Shown here: in pieces, positions 59,429-64,000 of the stretch
How positions within the stretch are numbered: the first letter of the stretch is position 1
Layout of the letters: every line of letters starts with the position of its first letter
From: an uncultured delta proteobacterium
GTDB taxonomy: Bacteria > Desulfobacterota > RBG-13-43-22
Length of the DNA: 64,000 nucleotides
Reading direction: 5' to 3'
Assembly: GCA_963790475.1 (NCBI GenBank)
Contig: CAWBOS010000012.1
Location: 416,001-480,000, forward strand
Position numbers and translations under genes: made by a program
The notes under the pieces: model-generated
Told to the model about the DNA's origin: nothing
Database searches by the model: none
Seen by the model: only the letters and a program-made list of their open reading frames with translations

Positions 59429-61846
59429 TCATTTCTCACGCAAAGTGGCTCCGAATTTTTCCAGGACCCGTTTCAGCAGATTTTCCTGGATCGGATTAAC
59501 CAGTTCGTCAGAAAGTGTTTTCTCGGTAGAACGATAATGGATTCGAACGCCCAGATTCTTTTTTCCTTCAGGAATCGGCTTTCCGGAATAAAAATCAAAG
59601 AGTTCGATTTCTTCGATCAGGGGTTCTTTTAGTGAAAGAATTTCATCCCGGATCTCTTTCCAGAGGATATGGTTATCCAGGATCAGGGCCATATCCCGGT
59701 AGATTTCCGGAAACCTGGGCCAGGGTTTAAACTGAGGAACGTCGGTGACTTCCAGGCTAAGCCGATCCACATCCAAATCTAATAAGTAAGCGGTTTCTTT
59801 TAAGTCAAATTGAGATTGGACCTGCGGTGAAATTTCACCCATTTCCCCCAAGAGGTTATCCGAACTGTAGCATTGGATGTATTGGCCGGGAACGAAATAG
59901 GTTGGAACTTTGCCCTCACGGATTGAAAATTCCTTGATTTTCAAGGAGTCGGCCAGGTTTTCCAAAACCCCTTTTAAATCATAAAAATCCACACGTTCAC
60001 TTTTGAAATAATGGGATTCGGGATGCCTTCTCCCGGTCCACAACACGGATAATCGGTTCGTTTCTTCGGGTAACTTTTTCGGGTCGGCCGCCGCGATAAA
60101 TACATTCCCCAATTCAAAAAGACGAAGGTTCAGATTTCGTTGGGCCCAATTCTTGTTCATGGTCATCAGCAATCCGGGGATAAGGCTGGTTCGCATGACC
60201 GACTGATCTTCGGAAATCGGATTTTTTATCCGGACAAAAGAAATGGCCTTGGAATGCTTTGGATCCCGGAAAGTAGAACAAAACTCTTCGGAAATAAAGC
60301 TATAGGTGATAATTTCATCAAACCCGAGACCGGTTAATATCTCCCGGATTCGCCTGCGGAGCGGAATAGTTTTGTGTTCCTTCCGGCTGGAGGAGGATAT
60401 ATTGGGAATAGTCGCCGGAATCCGGTCGTAGCCGATCAGGCGGGCCACTTCTTCCATCAGATCGACCGGGCGGGTCAGATCTCGGCGGAAGGAGGGAGGT
60501 ATGATCTCAACCCGGTCTTTTTCTTTATTGACCACGGTCAGGCCCAATCGGCGGCTGATATCGACAACCTGATCTGACGACACTTCAATCCCTAAAAACC
60601 GTCCGGTCTTTCGGGTATCGAGATGGATCGGCGAAATGATCAGGGGTTGGGGATACTCATCGATCCAACCGGGCACGATCTCTCCCCCGGCTAATTCCTG
60701 GATCAATAACGAGGCCCGGTCTGCGGCCTTGATAACTCCTTCGATATCCACTCCTCGTTCAAAGCGGATGGAAGCCTCGGAGGATAAAGCCAGTTTTTTA
60801 GCGGTCCGGCGGATACAGCGGGGTTCGAAATAAGCGCTTTCCAGAAGGATATTTTTAGTCGTAGATTGAATCTCAGTATTCAGTCCCCCCATGATCCCGG
60901 CGATAGCCACCCCTCTTTCCCCGTCGGCAATAATCAACATGTCCGGGGTCAGATTTCGCTCCTGGCCGTCCAGGGTGGTGAGCCGTTCCTGAGGTTCGGC
61001 CGTGCGTACCACAATCCGTCTCCCGGAAAGGGTGTCAAAATCAAAGGAATGCAGGGGCTGGCCATATTCCATCAAAACAAAGTTGGTGACATCCACCACA
61101 TTATTGATGCTTCGAATTCCCACCGAAAGAAGCCGGTTACGAAGCCAGGCCGGGGAAGGGCCTATGGTAACTCCCCGGATCAAACGGGCGGCGTAGCGGG
61201 GACAAAAGTCCGGCGCCAGAATCGATACGGAAGTCTCTTCCTCAATGGTCTTCCCCACCGGGGCTGCAGAAGTATCCGGAACCTTCAACGGGCGATCGAA
61301 AATAGCCGAGATCTCCCGGGCGATACCGATATGACTCAGGCAATCTCCCCGGTTGGGAGTTACATTGATTTCCAGCAAGGTGTCTTCCAGGCTCAGGGCT
61401 TGGCTTAGGGAAAGTCCTACGGGAATCCCCTCCGGCAGGATCATAATCCCCGAATGATCTTCGGATAAGCCCATTTCCTTTTCGGAGCAGAGCATTCCCG
61501 GCGACACGAGACCGCGTATGGTAGCCACCTGGACTTCCATCCCGGAAGGGAGACGGGTTCCGGGCAAGGCTACCGGTACCAGTAATTCAGGTCGCACATT
61601 GGGGGCCCCGCAAACCAGGTCGAGGCATTCCTGGCCGATGTCCACCTTGCAAATGGTCAGACGGTCCGCCTGAGGATGTTTCCGCACCTCCTGGATCTTC
61701 CCCACCACCAGGGGTTCCAATTCCCGCCCGATGGGAAGGACCGCTTCCACCTCCAGACCGGCCATTGTCAGACCCTCGGCCAGGTCCTCGACGGGAAGGC
61801 CTGTCAAATCCACATATTCAGTTAGCCAGTTTATAGTGACTTTCAT
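59429..61846 (-). CDS. pheT: Phenylalanine-tRNA ligase beta subunit
   Basis: HPQADRL, VCGAPN, TPNRGDCLS..GIARE, RFERG, EEVAR..GY. Confidence 0.97.
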   Translation of the reverse strand: MKVTINWLTEYVDLTGLPVEDLAEGLTMAGLEVEAVLPIGRELEPLVVGKIQEVRKHPQADRLTICKVDIGQECLDLVCGAPNVRPELLVPVALPGTRLPSGMEVQVATIRGLVSPGMLCSEKEMGLSEDHSGIMILPEGIPVGLSLSQALSLEDTLLEINVTPNRGDCLSHIGIAREISAIFDRPLKVPDTSAAPVGKTIEEETSVSILAPDFCPRYAARLIRGVTIGPSPAWLRNRLLSVGIRSINNVVDVTNFVLMEYGQPLHSFDFDTLSGRRIVVRTAEPQERLTTLDGQERNLTPDMLIIADGERGVAIAGIMGGLNTEIQSTTKNILLESAYFEPRCIRRTAKKLALSSEASIRFERGVDIEGVIKAADRASLLIQELAGGEIVPGWIDEYPQPLIISPIHLDTRKTGRFLGIEVSSDQVVDISRRLGLTVVNKEKDRVEIIPPSFRRDLTRPVDLMEEVARLIGYDRIPATIPNISSSSRKEHKTIPLRRRIREILTGLGFDEIITYSFISEEFCSTFRDPKHSKAISFVRIKNPISEDQSVMRTSLIPGLLMTMNKNWAQRNLNLRLFELGNVFIAAADPKKLPEETNRLSVLWTGRRHPESHYFKSERVDFYDLKGVLENLADSLKIKEFSIREGKVPTYFVPGQYIQCYSSDNLLGEMGEISPQVQSQFDLKETAYLLDLDVDRLSLEVTDVPQFKPWPRFPEIYRDMALILDNHILWKEIRDEILSLKEPLIEEIELFDFYSGKPIPEGKKNLGVRIHYRSTEKTLSDELVNPIQENLLKRVLEKFGATLREK

Positions 61847-62853
61847 CAGAATTGTCTTAAAAATCTTTGATCGTTTTCGAAAAACATCCGGATGTCATCA
61901 ATTCCATACCTGAGCATGGCGATTCGTTCCACACCCATGCCAAACGCAAATCCGGTCACATGATCGGGATCATATCCGACCATCCGGTAGACCTCGGGAT
62001 CGATCATTCCTGAGCCCAGAATCTCTATCCAGCCGGTTTGGGAGCACAGTCGGCAGCCCGATCCCTCGCAAATCACACAGCCCATGTCCACTTCGGCGCT
62101 GGGTTCGGTAAAAGGGAAAAAACTGGGACGGAAGCGAAGCGGGGTGTCTTCCCCGAACATCTGATGAATGAAAAAGGTCAGGATCCCTTTCAGGTCCCCA
62201 AAACTGATATCTTCTCCGACCATGAACCCCTCCACCTGATGAAACATAGGGGAATGGGAGATATCCGAATCACGGCGGAAGACCTTTCCCGGAGAGATGA
62301 CCTGCAGGGGAGGGGCATTTTTTTCCATAACCCGAATTTGTAAAGGTGAAGTTTGGGTTCGGAGCAAAAGGGTATCTGATATATAGAAGGTGTCCTGCAT
62401 GTCTCGGGCGGGATGGTCCGCAGGCATATTCAGGGCCTCAAAGTTATAATAATCCAGTTCGACTTCCGGTCCTTCAACCGTTTCAAAATTCAAGCGGGAG
62501 AAGATATCACAGATCTTATCCATAGTTTGGGTAATAGGGTGCTGCCGTCCCTGAAAGATTTTTCTTCCGGGAAGACTCCAGTCAAACCGGGTTTGAACCG
62601 TTTTACCTTTTCCGGAAAAGGCCTCCTTTTTCTGTTTAAAAAGCCCTTCCAATATCCCTTTGAGACGATTGGCCTCCTGACCGACCAGGGGCCTCTCCTC
62701 AGGCGGAACGGTCGAGACTTCCCGTAAACACTGCGTCAATTCCCCTTTTCTTCCCAGGAACCGGATCTGCAAGGCCTCCAGATCGGCAATGGAGACAGCC
62801 CGGTCCACTTCTTCCCGGACTTGGGTTTCCAGTTTTTTTAATTTGGATAACAT
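61846..62853 (-). CDS. pheS: Phenylalanine-tRNA ligase alpha subunit
   Basis: HPARDMQDTF, FHQVEG, FPFTEPSAE, GFAFGMG.ER. Confidence 0.98.
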   Translation of the reverse strand: MLSKLKKLETQVREEVDRAVSIADLEALQIRFLGRKGELTQCLREVSTVPPEERPLVGQEANRLKGILEGLFKQKKEAFSGKGKTVQTRFDWSLPGRKIFQGRQHPITQTMDKICDIFSRLNFETVEGPEVELDYYNFEALNMPADHPARDMQDTFYISDTLLLRTQTSPLQIRVMEKNAPPLQVISPGKVFRRDSDISHSPMFHQVEGFMVGEDISFGDLKGILTFFIHQMFGEDTPLRFRPSFFPFTEPSAEVDMGCVICEGSGCRLCSQTGWIEILGSGMIDPEVYRMVGYDPDHVTGFAFGMGVERIAMLRYGIDDIRMFFENDQRFLRQF

Positions 62854-62909
62854 GGCAATTATCTTAATTCAGGTGGCGGTTAGGGTTGGACCCGAAGAGA
62901 GATCAATCC

Positions 62910-63260
62910 TTAAGATTGGGAAACCATCTTAACCAGAGAGGTAAACCTTTCCGGATCTCGAGCGGCCATTTCGGATAGCACTTTGCGGTCTAAGCCGATG
63001 TCGGCCTTTTTCAAGGCTCCCATAAATCGGCTGTAAGAAATGCCGTTATTCTTAGCGGCGGCACTGATCCGCACAATCCATAATCCTCTAAATTCTCTTT
63101 TGCGGACCCGCCGGTCCCGATAGGCATATTTAAGCGACCGGTCCACGGCCTCGGTCGCGGTCTTGAACAATCGGCTTCGCGCACCACGAAATCCTTTGGC
63201 CAGCTTTAAAACTTTATTTCTTCTCCGCCGGGCTTTGAAGCCTCTTTTTACTCTGGGCAT
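62910..63260 (-). CDS. rplT: 50S ribosomal protein L20
   Basis: MPRVKRG, KR.FR.LWI.RI.AA, DRKVL. Confidence 0.98.
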   Translation of the reverse strand: MPRVKRGFKARRRRNKVLKLAKGFRGARSRLFKTATEAVDRSLKYAYRDRRVRKREFRGLWIVRISAAAKNNGISYSRFMGALKKADIGLDRKVLSEMAARDPERFTSLVKMVSQS

Positions 63261-63291
63261 GACTAATCACCTCGTTTTTCTGAAAACATTC

Positions 63292-63489
63292 TTAACTATA
63301 GGGCAGCATCCTCTTGATAGCCCGCATGTTGGCTGGTTCCACCACAGCCGATTTTCTTAGACTTCTTTTTCGTTTGGTGGTCTTACTGGTTAAAATATGA
63401 CTGCCGAAGGCTTTGGAACGGATAACTTTCCCGCTTCCTGTGGTTTTAAACCGTTTGGCAGCCCCACGTTTGGTTTTCATTTTCGGCAT
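63292..63489 (-). CDS. rpmI: 50S ribosomal protein L35
   Basis: [14 protein letters not shown]. Confidence 0.97.
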   Translation of the reverse strand: MPKMKTKRGAAKRFKTTGSGKVIRSKAFGSHILTSKTTKRKRSLRKSAVVEPANMRAIKRMLPYS

Positions 63490-63661
63490 ATGAATACACT
63501 CCTTATTCCTTATTAACAACTTGGACCTTAATTGGGCCCTCTCTTCTTTTTTCGATTATTCAAATATAAACGATGGTTATAGGCAATAGGCTATAGGAGA
63601 GAAAAAACCTCTTTCGGTTTTTCCCTATCACCTCTGGCCCCTTGCCTCTCGCCTGCTTTTA

Positions 63662-64000
63662 TTATTTCGACCCCAGGATCATAGTCATGTTCCGGCCTTC
63701 CAGCTTGGGTTCCTGTTCCACTGTAGCCAGGTCTTTGGTTTCTTCGATGATCCTTTTCAAGATATTCCGGGCTGCTTCCTGATACTGTATCTCCCGGCCT
63801 CGAAACATTAGAGATATTTTGGTTTTATTTTTTTTCTCTAGAAATTTTCGAATATTATTCAACTTGAACTGAAGATCGTGTTCCTCGGTTTTGGGTCGAA
63901 GTTTAACTTCTTTGACCTGGATGATCGTCCGGCGTTTTTTGGCTTCATGAATTTTTTTGGTCTGCTGGTATCTGAACTTACCATAATCCATAATCCGGCA
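63662..64000 (-). CDS. infC: Translation initiation factor IF-3 (5' end outside window)
   Basis: CRIMDYGKFRY, KEVKLRP...HD, MFRGRE, EGRNM. Confidence 0.95.
   Translation of the reverse strand, partial: CRIMDYGKFRYQQTKKIHEAKKRRTIIQVKEVKLRPKTEEHDLQFKLNNIRKFLEKKNKTKISLMFRGREIQYQEAARNILKRIIEETKDLATVEQEPKLEGRNMTMILGSK

Overview
Mostly core chromosome of an anaerobic Desulfobacterota-like (former Deltaproteobacteria) bacterium; the taxon is inferred from gene content and order only. Housekeeping blocks: leuCD-like/ilvY, atpF'FHAGDC, two tRNA-Ser, trxAB-bamD, alaC-hom-apgM, rplU-rpmA-obgE-proBA-nadD-rsfS-gpmI, rpsF-rpsR-rplI-dnaB-hflX, mobA-fdhD, plsY, uvrC, infC-rpmI-rplT-pheST-merR. The best candidate for an uncharacterised system is a sigma-54 signalling module at 22.2-27.1 kb: a sensor kinase (degenerate Rossmann-like domain plus Cys-bearing PAS), an NtrC-type regulator, an archaemetzincin protease, and a convergent GcvH-like protein with two CX12CX5CX2C motifs and no canonical lipoyl-Lys, preceded by a sigma-54 promoter, an IHF-like site and an enhancer-like palindrome. 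Next to it (27.2-29.1 kb) is an integrase-less integron cassette array with two attC sites (truncated ORF, vapBC, tfoX). Other points: MITEs that wrap a common REP-like hairpin core in different terminal repeats (one nested, one with a 4-bp TSD), a probable AUU start for hflX, a stand-alone HisKA protein, an IS1595 with an amber mutation inside a gene-decay island, several TA pseudogenes, a frameshifted BepA-like protease and many intergenic heptamer repeats. No CRISPR or rRNA seen. All calls are from motif reading; no database searches were run.
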